Position numbers and translations under genes: made by a program. Shown in pieces: positions 16,157 to 25,457 of a DNA stretch of 64,000 bases. The stretch is from an uncultured Coriobacteriaceae bacterium (lineage in GTDB: Bacteria > Actinomycetota > Coriobacteriia > Coriobacteriales > Eggerthellaceae). How positions within the stretch are numbered: position 1 is the first letter of the stretch; each line of letters starts with the position of its first letter. Under the pieces are notes generated by a model. It searched no databases. It saw only the letters and a program-made list of their open reading frames with translations, and was not told the origin of the DNA. The stretch is taken from NCBI GenBank assembly GCA_902779135.1, contig CACZAR010000004.1:308-64307 (forward strand). The letters are read 5' to 3'.

Positions 16157-17071
16157 TTACTTCTCGCGCGTAAAGAACTCGTATCCTGCACCCGATAATA
16201 TGAAACGCGCAGCTCCATCGAGCACTCGAGCTTTGAACGGCGTCGTCAGACCCGGCAATTCGCCATCGTATTGAATCTGAAGGGGAGGGTCTGCGTACAC
16301 GGAAACGTTACGTCCGGTATGAACCTCAACCGAATCGGTTCTATCGGGAAACTCGCCTTCTCGGTCGCGAATACACGCAATAAGTGCAGGGATTAACCCG
16401 AAGGCGTTCTCTGATTTCAAGATAACAACCTCGAAAGCGCCATCTCGCGGTTTGTTTCCGTGGGTTACGGGAATCTCGAATTGAATGCGCGAGAAGTTGA
16501 CGAGCAAGACGCCCAACGCTTCGCGTTCGAGCGTTTCCCCATCGATATCAATCTTCACTTTCGAAACCGTCGGTGTGGGATTCGATACAGCAGCTTGGAA
16601 ATATGCCAATGGCCCAAGTAGCTTCTTTGAGGGCTGCGCATCGTGCATGATCGTCGCGTCGTAGCCTGCGCCTGCCATGATGCCAAACCCGAAGCGTTTT
16701 CCGTCAGCTTCGATCTCTCCCAGATCGAAATCGAGCGTTTCCATCTCACGTGTCATCCGAGCGAGCGCATGGGGCTCATAGGGTGAGAAAAGATTGTTTG
16801 CAAGAAGATTCGCTGTTCCCGAGGGGAAGGGGAGCACTGGAATGCCCGTATTTGCAAGAGCATACGTAACGGCGGCAATCGTTCCGTCGCCACCCGCCAC
16901 GACAACTGCATCGAAATCTTCAGCATCCTGTACGAGCGACGTCACGTCGGTAGTGCCATCCGTGCAGCGTAATGCATGCTCGTCCCCATCCTCGCAAACC
17001 ATGCGAAGATAGTCGTATACAGATCCATCGCCGAATCCGGCGGCTATGTTGATGATGATGAGCAGTTTCAC
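16157..17071 (-). CDS. diacylglycerol/lipid kinase family protein (YegS/BmrU-like)
   Basis: LLIIINIAAG...VVVAGGDGTIAAV...LPFPSGTANLLANNL is the DAGK catalytic-domain signature. GTG at 17071 is proposed as the start (VKLLIIIN). The ORF extends to 17140. Confidence 0.75.
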   Translation of the reverse strand: MKLLIIINIAAGFGDGSVYDYLRMVCEDGDEHALRCTDGTTDVTSLVQDAEDFDAVVVAGGDGTIAAVTYALANTGIPVLPFPSGTANLLANNLFSPYEPHALARMTREMETLDFDLGEIEADGKRFGFGIMAGAGYDATIMHDAQPSKKLLGPLAYFQAAVSNPTPTVSKVKIDIDGETLEREALGVLLVNFSRIQFEIPVTHGNKPRDGAFEVVILKSENAFGLIPALIACIRDREGEFPDRTDSVEVHTGRNVSVYADPPLQIQYDGELPGLTTPFKARVLDGAARFILSGAGYEFFTREK

Positions 17072-17156
17072 GAAGACCCCAATCTTCGTCGCGGCATTGC
17101 ATTGATGATATGATGGTAGCTTAAACGAACAATAACTCAAGTTGGAGATTTACCAT

Positions 17157-18188
17157 ATGTACATTGCATCGCAGGACGAGCTCGCCGCATTCGTGCAGCG
17201 GTCGAAGAACTCGGATGTATTGGCGATCGACACAGAGTTTCTCAGGGAGAAGACGTATTATCCCAAACTCTGCCTCCTCCAAATGGCCACGCGCGATGAG
17301 AGCGTGATCATCGACCCGTTTGCTGTCGACGACCTTCGCATCGTATGCGAACTCTTCGAAGACGAAAACATCGTGAAGATCTTCCACGCAGGCCATCAGG
17401 ACCTCGAGATCATGTTCTACGACCTGGAATGCCTGCCTCACCCGATCTTCGACACACAGGTTGCTGCATCGCTTTTGGGGCAAACGCAGCAAATCGGCTA
17501 CGCGCCCCTCGTTTCTTCAGTATGCGGCGTCAAGCTCAAGAAGATGGATTCGTTCACTGATTGGTCTTCACGTCCACTCACTGATTCTCAGCTTCAATAC
17601 GCGCTTGATGACGTCATTTACCTTCCGCAGATGTATGACAAGATGCGAGAAGACCTTTTGAAAAAAGGGCGCCTTGATTGGCTCCAATCCGATTTCGAGG
17701 ATATGAGCAAACCTGAAACGTATCAGGAAGACGAGCGGCGAAAATGGGTTATGACCGACGAGCAAATCGTCGAGGCTTGCAAGCGCGAACCAAGAAAAAT
17801 CGACGACTTGTTCATGGTCAGGGGCATACGCGAGCGCATCACAACGCACGACGCCCGTGTCATAGTCGAGTTGACGTCTGCTGCTCTCGATTCATCTCCT
17901 GAAGCATGGCCTGAAATCCCTCAACCTGGAAAGAGCGAGCGAAACGTCGACGCAAACGTCGATCTGCTCATGGCAATCGTCAGGCTGCGAGCCCGCGACT
18001 ACGACATTGCCATACCCACGCTTGCAAGCCATTCGGACCTTGTTAAGATCGCTCGAGGCCATTACGAGAACGTCGATATCCTAAAGGGGTGGAGGCGCGA
18101 GCTTATCGGAGAAGAGCTCGTCGATCTGCTCGAGGGACGGCTCTCGCTTTCAATTGAAAACGGACATGTATCAGTTAGCAAAAACTAG
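17157..18188 (+). CDS. rnd: ribonuclease D (3'-5' exonuclease plus HRDC)
   Basis: LAIDTEFLREKTYYPKLCLLQ, KIFHAGHQDLE and YALDDVIYL are DEDDy exonuclease motifs. GGAG RBS lies 9 nt upstream of the ATG at 17157. Confidence 0.8.
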   Translation: MYIASQDELAAFVQRSKNSDVLAIDTEFLREKTYYPKLCLLQMATRDESVIIDPFAVDDLRIVCELFEDENIVKIFHAGHQDLEIMFYDLECLPHPIFDTQVAASLLGQTQQIGYAPLVSSVCGVKLKKMDSFTDWSSRPLTDSQLQYALDDVIYLPQMYDKMREDLLKKGRLDWLQSDFEDMSKPETYQEDERRKWVMTDEQIVEACKREPRKIDDLFMVRGIRERITTHDARVIVELTSAALDSSPEAWPEIPQPGKSERNVDANVDLLMAIVRLRARDYDIAIPTLASHSDLVKIARGHYENVDILKGWRRELIGEELVDLLEGRLSLSIENGHVSVSKN

Positions 18189-18270
18189 AATACGAAGAGG
18201 TTACGAACAAACGTTTTCTCTTCATTAAAGCTATAATCATAGGAAAACAGACTGACCGAAAGGAAATGTC

Positions 18271-18930
18271 ATGACCTACTACTGGCTGCTCATCATCGTC
18301 ACCCTCGCTCTCGGTATGGGAGCTTCAGGATACGTACGACAGCAATTGAACAAATACTCGAAGTTTCGCTCTTCAAGCGGCCTGACCGGTGCTCAAGCAG
18401 CAGCACAGATGTTGCGCACGTATGGGGTTTCAGATGTCAGCATCGTCAAGGGCAACGAAGGCCAGGATCATTACGATCCACGTTCGAAAACCATCGCACT
18501 TTCGCCGAGCGTCTTCGACTATTGCACGGTTACGGCATATGCAACAGCGTGCCATGAAGTCGGTCATGCTTGCCAGCATGCACAAGGATACTTGCCTCTC
18601 AATGTGAGAAGCGCCATCGTACCCGTTGCTAACCTGGCATCGAATGCTTGGATCTTCGTGTTGCTCATGGGCATTTTCTTCCAAATGACTCAGTTCATCG
18701 ACTTGGCCATCATCATGTACGCGCTGGTCGTCCTGTTCCAGATTGTGACCTTGCCCGTTGAGTTCAATGCATCGCATCGCGCTATGGATTACATGAAAGC
18801 CATCAACATGCCTCAAAACGAGCTCACGGCCTCGTATTCGGTTCTGAGGGCCTGCGCTTTGACGTATGTTGCAGCTGCGCTTGCCTCGTTGCTTCAACTC
18901 GTGTACCTCCTCGGCCTGCGCAACAACTAG
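18271..18930 (+). CDS. zinc metallopeptidase (YugP/Zn_peptidase_2 family), membrane-bound
   Basis: N-terminal TM segment, DHYDPRSKTIALS, the HEVGHACQH zinc motif, and C-terminal TM segments. Confidence 0.8.
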   Translation: MTYYWLLIIVTLALGMGASGYVRQQLNKYSKFRSSSGLTGAQAAAQMLRTYGVSDVSIVKGNEGQDHYDPRSKTIALSPSVFDYCTVTAYATACHEVGHACQHAQGYLPLNVRSAIVPVANLASNAWIFVLLMGIFFQMTQFIDLAIIMYALVVLFQIVTLPVEFNASHRAMDYMKAINMPQNELTASYSVLRACALTYVAAALASLLQLVYLLGLRNN

Positions 18931-18932
18931 CA

Positions 18933-20306
18933 ATGGTTTCACGGGGCTGTCCCACGACCGGCGTTTCTCCTACGGTCACGCAAAACAACATATACGAAAG
19001 CGGCGAAAACTCTGCTTCTACCGCTTTGAGCGTTTCGGCTGCCATGGCGCTCGCAAAGCGATCGCTAGAATCAGTGACAGTTCGAATGTTGGGAGAAGTT
19101 TCCGAAGTTTCTATTAAAGCGGGGTACAAAGCGGCGTATTTCACCGTCAAGGATTCAAGCGCCAGCCTTCCTTGCATGATGTGGAACAACCGCTACCGTG
19201 CATGCGGAGTGCAGCTTACCGTCGGTCAGATGGTCGAACTAGAAGGCAGGTTCACACTCTATGCTGCCAAGGGCCGCATGAACTTCGATGTGTTCTCAAT
19301 CACTCTTGCAGGTGAGGGGAATCTCAGGCTCAAAGTTGCCAACATCGCAAAGAAACTCCAGGCTGAAGGCTTGACCGATCCTGCTCGCAAAAGGCCCCTG
19401 CCTCTCTATCCTGAGAAGATAGGCCTTGTGACGTCTCCACGCAGCGCTGCGGTACACGATGTTCTGCGCACTCTTCGCCGAAGGTTTCCTGTCGCAACTA
19501 TTTACCTTGCCGGCGTGCCGGTAGAAGGCGCTCAAGCGCCTGTAGGCATCATCGATGGAATGCGTTGCGTGGTAAATGCAGGTTCGCAAGTCGTTCTCGT
19601 CGTCAGGGGAGGCGGTTCGTTCGAAGACATGATGCCTTTCAACGACGAGAATCTCGCAAGGGCTATTGCAGCATGCCCTGTCCCGGTAGTTACTGGCATA
19701 GGGCATGAAGTCGATACTGCTATCGCCGACATGGTTTCCGATTTTCGTGCTTCAACACCAACGGCCGCTGCCGAGGCTGTGAGTCCATCGCGTGAATCTC
19801 TCGATGTTCTGTTCCAATCGCAAGCTGATGCACTTGCGACGGGCGTCCGACGCATCATTGCGGCTCAAAAAGCCTTTGTCGAACGCGCATCAGATCGACC
19901 TGCTTTCCGCGATCCAGCGTTCCTTTTCGCCTCGGAAGCACAAGCCCTCGACACGTCGATCGAGCGCCTCAATCGTGCCATGCCTGCAGTTCTCGAAAAG
20001 AATGCGATCTTTATCGCAACGGCAAGACAACGCCTCGTCGCCAGTGGACCGCATATCACTGAGAAGCCCCAAGCCGAGCTTTCTCGCAACGCTGCTAGAC
20101 TTGATGACCTCTCACCAATCAAAACGCTTGCGCGAGGCTATTCGGTAACGCGTGACGAAAACGGAAAGATAATCTCCAGCATAAATCAAACGGAAATCGG
20201 GCAGCGCGTAATCGTGTCGCTCGCAGATGGCCGCCTCGATTGCAAGGTTGGCGGTATTGATGAAATCGACCTGTTCGGACGAAACAAGGAGATCAACCAT
20301 GGATAA
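18933..20306 (+). CDS. xseA: exodeoxyribonuclease VII large subunit
   Basis: OB-fold N-terminus (GEVSEVS...YFTVKDS.A.L.C.MW), IGLVTSP..AA..D, and RGGGS.ED. The xseB gene follows. Confidence 0.85.
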   Translation: MVSRGCPTTGVSPTVTQNNIYESGENSASTALSVSAAMALAKRSLESVTVRMLGEVSEVSIKAGYKAAYFTVKDSSASLPCMMWNNRYRACGVQLTVGQMVELEGRFTLYAAKGRMNFDVFSITLAGEGNLRLKVANIAKKLQAEGLTDPARKRPLPLYPEKIGLVTSPRSAAVHDVLRTLRRRFPVATIYLAGVPVEGAQAPVGIIDGMRCVVNAGSQVVLVVRGGGSFEDMMPFNDENLARAIAACPVPVVTGIGHEVDTAIADMVSDFRASTPTAAAEAVSPSRESLDVLFQSQADALATGVRRIIAAQKAFVERASDRPAFRDPAFLFASEAQALDTSIERLNRAMPAVLEKNAIFIATARQRLVASGPHITEKPQAELSRNAARLDDLSPIKTLARGYSVTRDENGKIISSINQTEIGQRVIVSLADGRLDCKVGGIDEIDLFGRNKEINHG

Positions 20307-20547
20307 CGCAAGGCCCGTAGAAGAAATGACATTCAGGGAAGCCTCAGCTGAACTTGACGGCATCATCCGGCAGATCGAAAGCAACACGCTTGAACTTGAG
20401 GACACTCTGAAGGCATACGAGCGGGGAGTGGCGCTCATAGCTTCGCTTCAAAAGCGCCTGTCCGAAGCTGAACAGAAAGTAGATGTGCTCATGGGCGAAT
20501 TGTCGGGTCAGCAAGACGACCAGATTCGAGATACTACGCTGTCATAA
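20299..20547 (+). CDS. xseB: exodeoxyribonuclease VII small subunit
   Basis: MDNARPVEEMTFREASAELDGIIRQIES..LELEDTLKAYERGVAL. AAGGAG RBS is present. Overlaps the xseA stop by 8 nt. Confidence 0.85.
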   Translation: MDNARPVEEMTFREASAELDGIIRQIESNTLELEDTLKAYERGVALIASLQKRLSEAEQKVDVLMGELSGQQDDQIRDTTLS

Positions 20548-20664
20548 CTACAAATGGGCTGGCACAAGCTTGCCGTTTGCCGAATGGTGATTCACGCGCA
20601 TTTTTCTAAATGCACATCTCGTTAAAATATATGCAACCGTAAATGCAGCCAAAAGGAGATCTAC

Positions 20665-21906
20665 GTGAACGTCCTCGTAATCAACGCAGGTTCTTCCTCG
20701 CTTAAATACCAGCTCATCAACGTTGAGTCCCAACAACTTCTCGCAAAGGGCCTCTGCGATAGCGTCGGCACTGAACGCGCAGTTCATGTTCATGGTATCG
20801 GTGACGCCGAAATCGCCGAGGAAGCATACATGCCCGACCACGATCACGCAGTCGCACTCGTGCTCAATGCGATTACCGAAGGTCCCACGAAAGCAATCGA
20901 TTCGCTTGACGAAATCGATGCTGTTGGACACCGAATTGTTCAAGGTGGAAAGTATTTCGACCGTTCGGTTATCATCGACGAGGACGTCATTGCCAAGATT
21001 GACGAAATGGCCGAACTTGCACCACTTCATAACAAGGCAGCCATCATGGGAATTCGCGGTTGCCAGCACCACATGCCGGACACGCCGATGGTCGCAGTTT
21101 TCGACACGTCTTTCTACCAGTCGTTGCCACCTAAGGCGTACATGTATCCATTGCCCTACGAGCTCTACGAGAAGTACGCTATCCGCAAATACGGAGCACA
21201 TGGCACTTCGCATCGTTACATCGCCGAGCAAGCCGCCGATTTCCTCGAAGAAGATCTCCGCGACCTCAAGCTCATCACATGCCACCTTGGCAACGGCTGC
21301 TCCATTAGCGCAGTCGACCACGGTATTGCAGTCGACACGTCTATGGGCTTGACGCCGCTCGACGGTCTCATGATGGGCACACGCTGCGGGTCCATCGACC
21401 CTGCCATCGTCACCTACGTCATGGAAAAAGAAGGCCTCTCTCCACAGGAGATGAACGACCTGCTCAACAAGAAATCTGGCCTTCTCGGTGTTTCGGGAAT
21501 CAGCAACGATCTGCGTCAAGTAGATGAACAAGCTGAGCGTGGTAACGAGCGCGCCATGCTTGCATACGAGATGTATTCGAACTCTGCAAAGAAATTTATC
21601 GGCCAATACATCGCTGTCATGGGCGGCGTCGACTGCATCGTCCTCACCGGCGGTGTGGGCGAGAACAGCGCTCGTATGCGCCGCATGATCTTTGCAGGTT
21701 TGCAAACCATGGGCATCATACTCGACGAAGAGCGCAATCGTTCAGGCGCACGCCAGCGCGAGATATCGTCAGACAATTCCGATGTGCTGATTGTCATCAT
21801 ACCGACCGACGAAGAGCTCATGATTGCACGCGACACCTACGAGCTGGTGCACGACCTCATCGGAAATCCGGACATCGACTACAATCTCGACTTGTTCATG
21901 TACTAG
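20665..21906 (+). CDS. ackA: acetate kinase
   Basis: VLVINAGSSSLKYQL, HRIVQGG and CHLGNGCSI motifs. GTG start with AAGGAG RBS. Confidence 0.95.
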   Translation: MNVLVINAGSSSLKYQLINVESQQLLAKGLCDSVGTERAVHVHGIGDAEIAEEAYMPDHDHAVALVLNAITEGPTKAIDSLDEIDAVGHRIVQGGKYFDRSVIIDEDVIAKIDEMAELAPLHNKAAIMGIRGCQHHMPDTPMVAVFDTSFYQSLPPKAYMYPLPYELYEKYAIRKYGAHGTSHRYIAEQAADFLEEDLRDLKLITCHLGNGCSISAVDHGIAVDTSMGLTPLDGLMMGTRCGSIDPAIVTYVMEKEGLSPQEMNDLLNKKSGLLGVSGISNDLRQVDEQAERGNERAMLAYEMYSNSAKKFIGQYIAVMGGVDCIVLTGGVGENSARMRRMIFAGLQTMGIILDEERNRSGARQREISSDNSDVLIVIIPTDEELMIARDTYELVHDLIGNPDIDYNLDLFMY

Positions 21907-21923
21907 GCTATCTTTTTGCACTG

Positions 21924-21968
21924 AAAAAACGAGCGGCCGCCCACCAGGACGGCCGCTTCTCTTCTTGC
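21924..21968. terminator. bidirectional terminator between convergent ackA and pta
   Basis: AGCGGCCG-loop-CGGCCGCT flanked by an A-run (5') and a T-rich tract (3'). Confidence 0.65.
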
Positions 21969-21980
21969 GCTTATTAGCAA

Positions 21981-22967
21981 TTACTGTTGAGCCTGAACGC
22001 ACGTGATGGCGATGACGCCATAGATATCATCAGCATTGCAACCACGAGAAAGATCGTTGACCGGCGCGGCAATACCTTGTGTGACAGGGCCATATGCTTC
22101 AGCTTTTGCAAGTCTCTGCACGAGCTTATAGCCGATGTTGCCAGCATCGAGATCCGGGAACACGAGCACATTCGCATGACCGGCAACGGGGGAGCCTGGT
22201 GCTTTCGAGCTGCCGATCTCAGGAACGATAGCGGCATCGAGCTGAAGCTCGCCATCGAGAGCGAGTTCGGGTGCAAGTTCTTTAGCAATTGCAACCGCTT
22301 CGACGACTTTAGAAGCATCGTCGTTCTTGGCCGATCCATACGAAGAGTGGGAGAGCAGTGCTACGACAGGTTCTTCACCGACCAGCGATTTGAAAGACGC
22401 TGCAGATGAAACTGCAATGTTTGCAAGTCTGGTGGCATCTGGCTGCACCTCCAAACCGCAGTCTGAGAAGAGGAACGTGCCATTTGCACCGAATTCGCAA
22501 TCGGGTACAACCATGATGAAGAACGAGCTGACGAGTGCAGCTCCCGGGGCTGTCTTGAGAATCTGAAGGCTCGGACGAAGAACGTCGCCAGTCGAATGGC
22601 AAGCGCCTGCAACCATGCCATCGGCCATGCCAGCCTTTACAAGCATGACGCCAAAGTACAGGACATCCTCGATGATCTCGGCGGCTTTTTCCTCCGTCAT
22701 ACCCTTGTGTTTCCTGCACTCATACAAACCATTTGCAAGCTCTGCCTTGTATTCAGAACTTTTCGGATCGATGATGCGGGCGCCTTCCAGGTTTTTCCCG
22801 CTTTCCTCAATTGCACTAACATCGCCAAGGATTATCAGATTTGCAATACCATCTGCAAGAATGCGCTCAGCAGCTTCCAGTGTACGGGGGTCATCGCCCT
22901 CCGGCAACACGATCGTCTTCTTGTCCTGCTTGGCTCGATTGATGGCAGATTGAAGGAATGCGCTCAT
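21981..22967 (-). CDS. pta: phosphate acetyltransferase
   Basis: 328 aa with IVLPEGDDPRTLEAA and a typical PTA_PTB C-terminus (GPV.QG.A.PVNDLSRG). Confidence 0.95.
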   Translation of the reverse strand: MSAFLQSAINRAKQDKKTIVLPEGDDPRTLEAAERILADGIANLIILGDVSAIEESGKNLEGARIIDPKSSEYKAELANGLYECRKHKGMTEEKAAEIIEDVLYFGVMLVKAGMADGMVAGACHSTGDVLRPSLQILKTAPGAALVSSFFIMVVPDCEFGANGTFLFSDCGLEVQPDATRLANIAVSSAASFKSLVGEEPVVALLSHSSYGSAKNDDASKVVEAVAIAKELAPELALDGELQLDAAIVPEIGSSKAPGSPVAGHANVLVFPDLDAGNIGYKLVQRLAKAEAYGPVTQGIAAPVNDLSRGCNADDIYGVIAITCVQAQQ

Positions 22968-23106
22968 TTCTCCTCCTTGGCATTGTGGTTAAGGATTGCG
23001 CGTTTTGTCGCAATTGTATGGTAATGCAGTTTGAAAAAGCCCAACTCTATAAAATAGTCCGCGGTTGTTTTATCTGGTGACCGATGAACGACAAGAAGGG
23101 GATCGG

Positions 23107-24138
23107 TTGAAAACGATATCGTTCGCCGTGCCGTGTTATAACTCGGCCGAGTACATGGACAAGTGCATTGAGTCGCTACTCGCTTGCGATGATGGACGCG
23201 GCGATATCGAAATTCTTATTGTCGACGATGGCTCGACGAAGGACAACACAGCTCAGAAGGCTGACGAATGGCATGAGCGCTACCCTGAAACCATCTACGC
23301 AATCCATAAGGAGAATGGCGGCCACGGTTCTGCCGTCAACACGGGTCTCGAATATGCTCGTGGGCGTTATTTCAAGGTAGTTGATTCGGACGACTGGCTC
23401 GATGAAGAAGCCATGGCTCAAATCATGCCGTACCTCCGCCGGCAGAGCGAGCTTCGCGAAGCAACTGATCTTGTCATAGGCAACTACGTCTATGAAAAGG
23501 TCTATGAAGGCACGCGCACTCCCATTAGCTATGGTCACATTTTCCCAACTGATCGAGAATGCACATGGGATGAGATCGGTCGTTTCAAGCCAAGCCAGTA
23601 TCTCCTCATGCACTCTGTCATCTATCGTACGGAAATGTTGCGCGACATCGAGCTCAAACTTCCAGAGCATTGCTTCTACGTTGACAACATCTTCGTCTAC
23701 GTGCCCCTGCCTGCAGTGCAATCGATTCGCTACTTCGATGTCGACATGTACCGCTACTTCATCGGACGCGAAGGGCAGTCTGTCAACGAAGACATCATGA
23801 AATCGCGCATCGACCAACAGCTTCGGATCACGCGTGTGATGATTGATTCGGTCGATTTGGACGAAGATGTCTCATCCAAGAAACTTCGTCGTTACATGGA
23901 GAGTTATCTCTCGATGATGATGTGCATCTGTTCCGTCTTCCTTCGCATGATCAACACCAACGAAGCCGAAGGGAAACGCAAGGACATCTGGGCTTATCTG
24001 AAGGCACGCAGGCCAAAGATGTATGGTCGCATAAGAAGGAACGTGCTGAATTTCAGCACGAATATACCTAGCAGGCTTGGGCGCAGGCTTGGCTTAGGCG
24101 GCTATCACCTCGCACAGAAGATTTTCAAGTTCAACTAG
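23107..24138 (+). CDS. family 2 glycosyltransferase
   Basis: ISFAVPCYNSAEYMDKCIESLL...ILIVDDGSTD-like...VDSDDW (DxD) are GT2 motifs. The start is uncertain: TTG at 23107 after a purine-rich RBS, while the ORF opens at 23065. Confidence 0.8.
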   Translation: MKTISFAVPCYNSAEYMDKCIESLLACDDGRGDIEILIVDDGSTKDNTAQKADEWHERYPETIYAIHKENGGHGSAVNTGLEYARGRYFKVVDSDDWLDEEAMAQIMPYLRRQSELREATDLVIGNYVYEKVYEGTRTPISYGHIFPTDRECTWDEIGRFKPSQYLLMHSVIYRTEMLRDIELKLPEHCFYVDNIFVYVPLPAVQSIRYFDVDMYRYFIGREGQSVNEDIMKSRIDQQLRITRVMIDSVDLDEDVSSKKLRRYMESYLSMMMCICSVFLRMINTNEAEGKRKDIWAYLKARRPKMYGRIRRNVLNFSTNIPSRLGRRLGLGGYHLAQKIFKFN

Positions 24139-24155
24139 TAGTTCTTCCCAATTCC

Positions 24156-25289
24156 TCAGCTTGAAGGCGATATGATGCGCCTCAGCGCTGCTATGAGCTT
24201 CTCGTTTTCCTGCCTCGTTCGCACGGCTACGCAAAAATACCCATTCGGCTTGAGGCCAGGCGTCCCGGCAAGCTTGCGCACTAAGAATCCTTCGAGCTGC
24301 AGCAGTGAGCTCAACTGATTCACATCGTCGACGGCAAGCTTCATTCCATCACCGTTATGATAGGTGCACATGACATAATTCGCTTCTGCCGGGAAGATGT
24401 CGATTCCCGGAATGAGGCTGAGCATGCACTGCATCCATGGTATTTCGCTATCGAGAAATGCTCGCACGCTATCGAGTCTTGGATGCTCGATCGCCGAAGG
24501 CTCTGCGAGCACTTCAGCGAACATCGAGACACATGTGTTATCAAAAAACTGCGCAAGATGAGCAATTGTATCTGGCTGGGCAATACAGTAGCTGACATGA
24601 ACCCCTGGCATGGCATATTGCTCTGAGAAAGACTGAATAACGATGAGATTATCGTGTTCGCGGACAAGTGGCGCCATGGATTCGCCACCAAGCGTGAGTT
24701 CAATCGAACGCTCGTCAACAATAACCCATTCGCACATGTCGAGATACGAAAGAAGTGTTGACTTCGACAGCAATCGGCTTGTCGGATAGCTGGGATTTGC
24801 AAGCAATGCAGCGTCTATACGCATACCCTGGGCTTCAAGAGCGTCTGCATGGGGTGTGACAAATGTTGCAGGGACCGATATGCGCTCAATCGAATGACCA
24901 AGATTAGACAAAGTAATTATGTATTCGATTGGGCATGGCATGGACACACCAACGACTCCCGGCTCGAAAGCTTGCGCAACAGCGGAAATCATGTTTGAAA
25001 CCGTTGAGCCGACAAGGAACGACTCGACCGGCATGCCAAACGTACGAGCGAGAACGCTTCGCAGAGTATGAGCTTCTCTATCGGGTAGGTACGATGCAAT
25101 ACCGTTTTTGAATGCGCTGACTATCGCATCGTTAAAGCTTTGGGGCATGCCAAAGGGGTTGTCAGTCCCCGAAAAATCGATCCATGATATTTCATCGCGC
25201 ATTTCGTAGGGAGGGCAGAGGACTTGCTCGGGAAACTCGGGGATGAGCGCAAGCGCCGAATGCCGTGACGTTTCGTTTGCAAATTCCAC
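24156..25289 (-). CDS. class I/II aminotransferase-fold protein (CobD/HisC-like) lacking the PLP-lysine
   Basis: Collinear with threonine-phosphate decarboxylase/HisC-type enzymes (IDFSGTDNPFG, YLPD, ANPSYPTS, VIVDE). The SxSK motif reads SFSEQYAMPGVHVSY. Confidence 0.7.
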   Translation of the reverse strand: MEFANETSRHSALALIPEFPEQVLCPPYEMRDEISWIDFSGTDNPFGMPQSFNDAIVSAFKNGIASYLPDREAHTLRSVLARTFGMPVESFLVGSTVSNMISAVAQAFEPGVVGVSMPCPIEYIITLSNLGHSIERISVPATFVTPHADALEAQGMRIDAALLANPSYPTSRLLSKSTLLSYLDMCEWVIVDERSIELTLGGESMAPLVREHDNLIVIQSFSEQYAMPGVHVSYCIAQPDTIAHLAQFFDNTCVSMFAEVLAEPSAIEHPRLDSVRAFLDSEIPWMQCMLSLIPGIDIFPAEANYVMCTYHNGDGMKLAVDDVNQLSSLLQLEGFLVRKLAGTPGLKPNGYFCVAVRTRQENEKLIAALRRIISPSS

Positions 25290-25457
25290 TGTGCCTCCTT
25301 TGCCTCTCCCTAAATTGGTACACTACCCATCATCTTGTTGCAGAAAACGACAACTTGCGGAACATCTTGTGCTTGCAATTAGTTGTCACGTCGTACGTTT
25401 TCCCAGATGAAACGGGTTTTTTATACTATCACAGTTTCACTGGTACAATTCGAAAAT

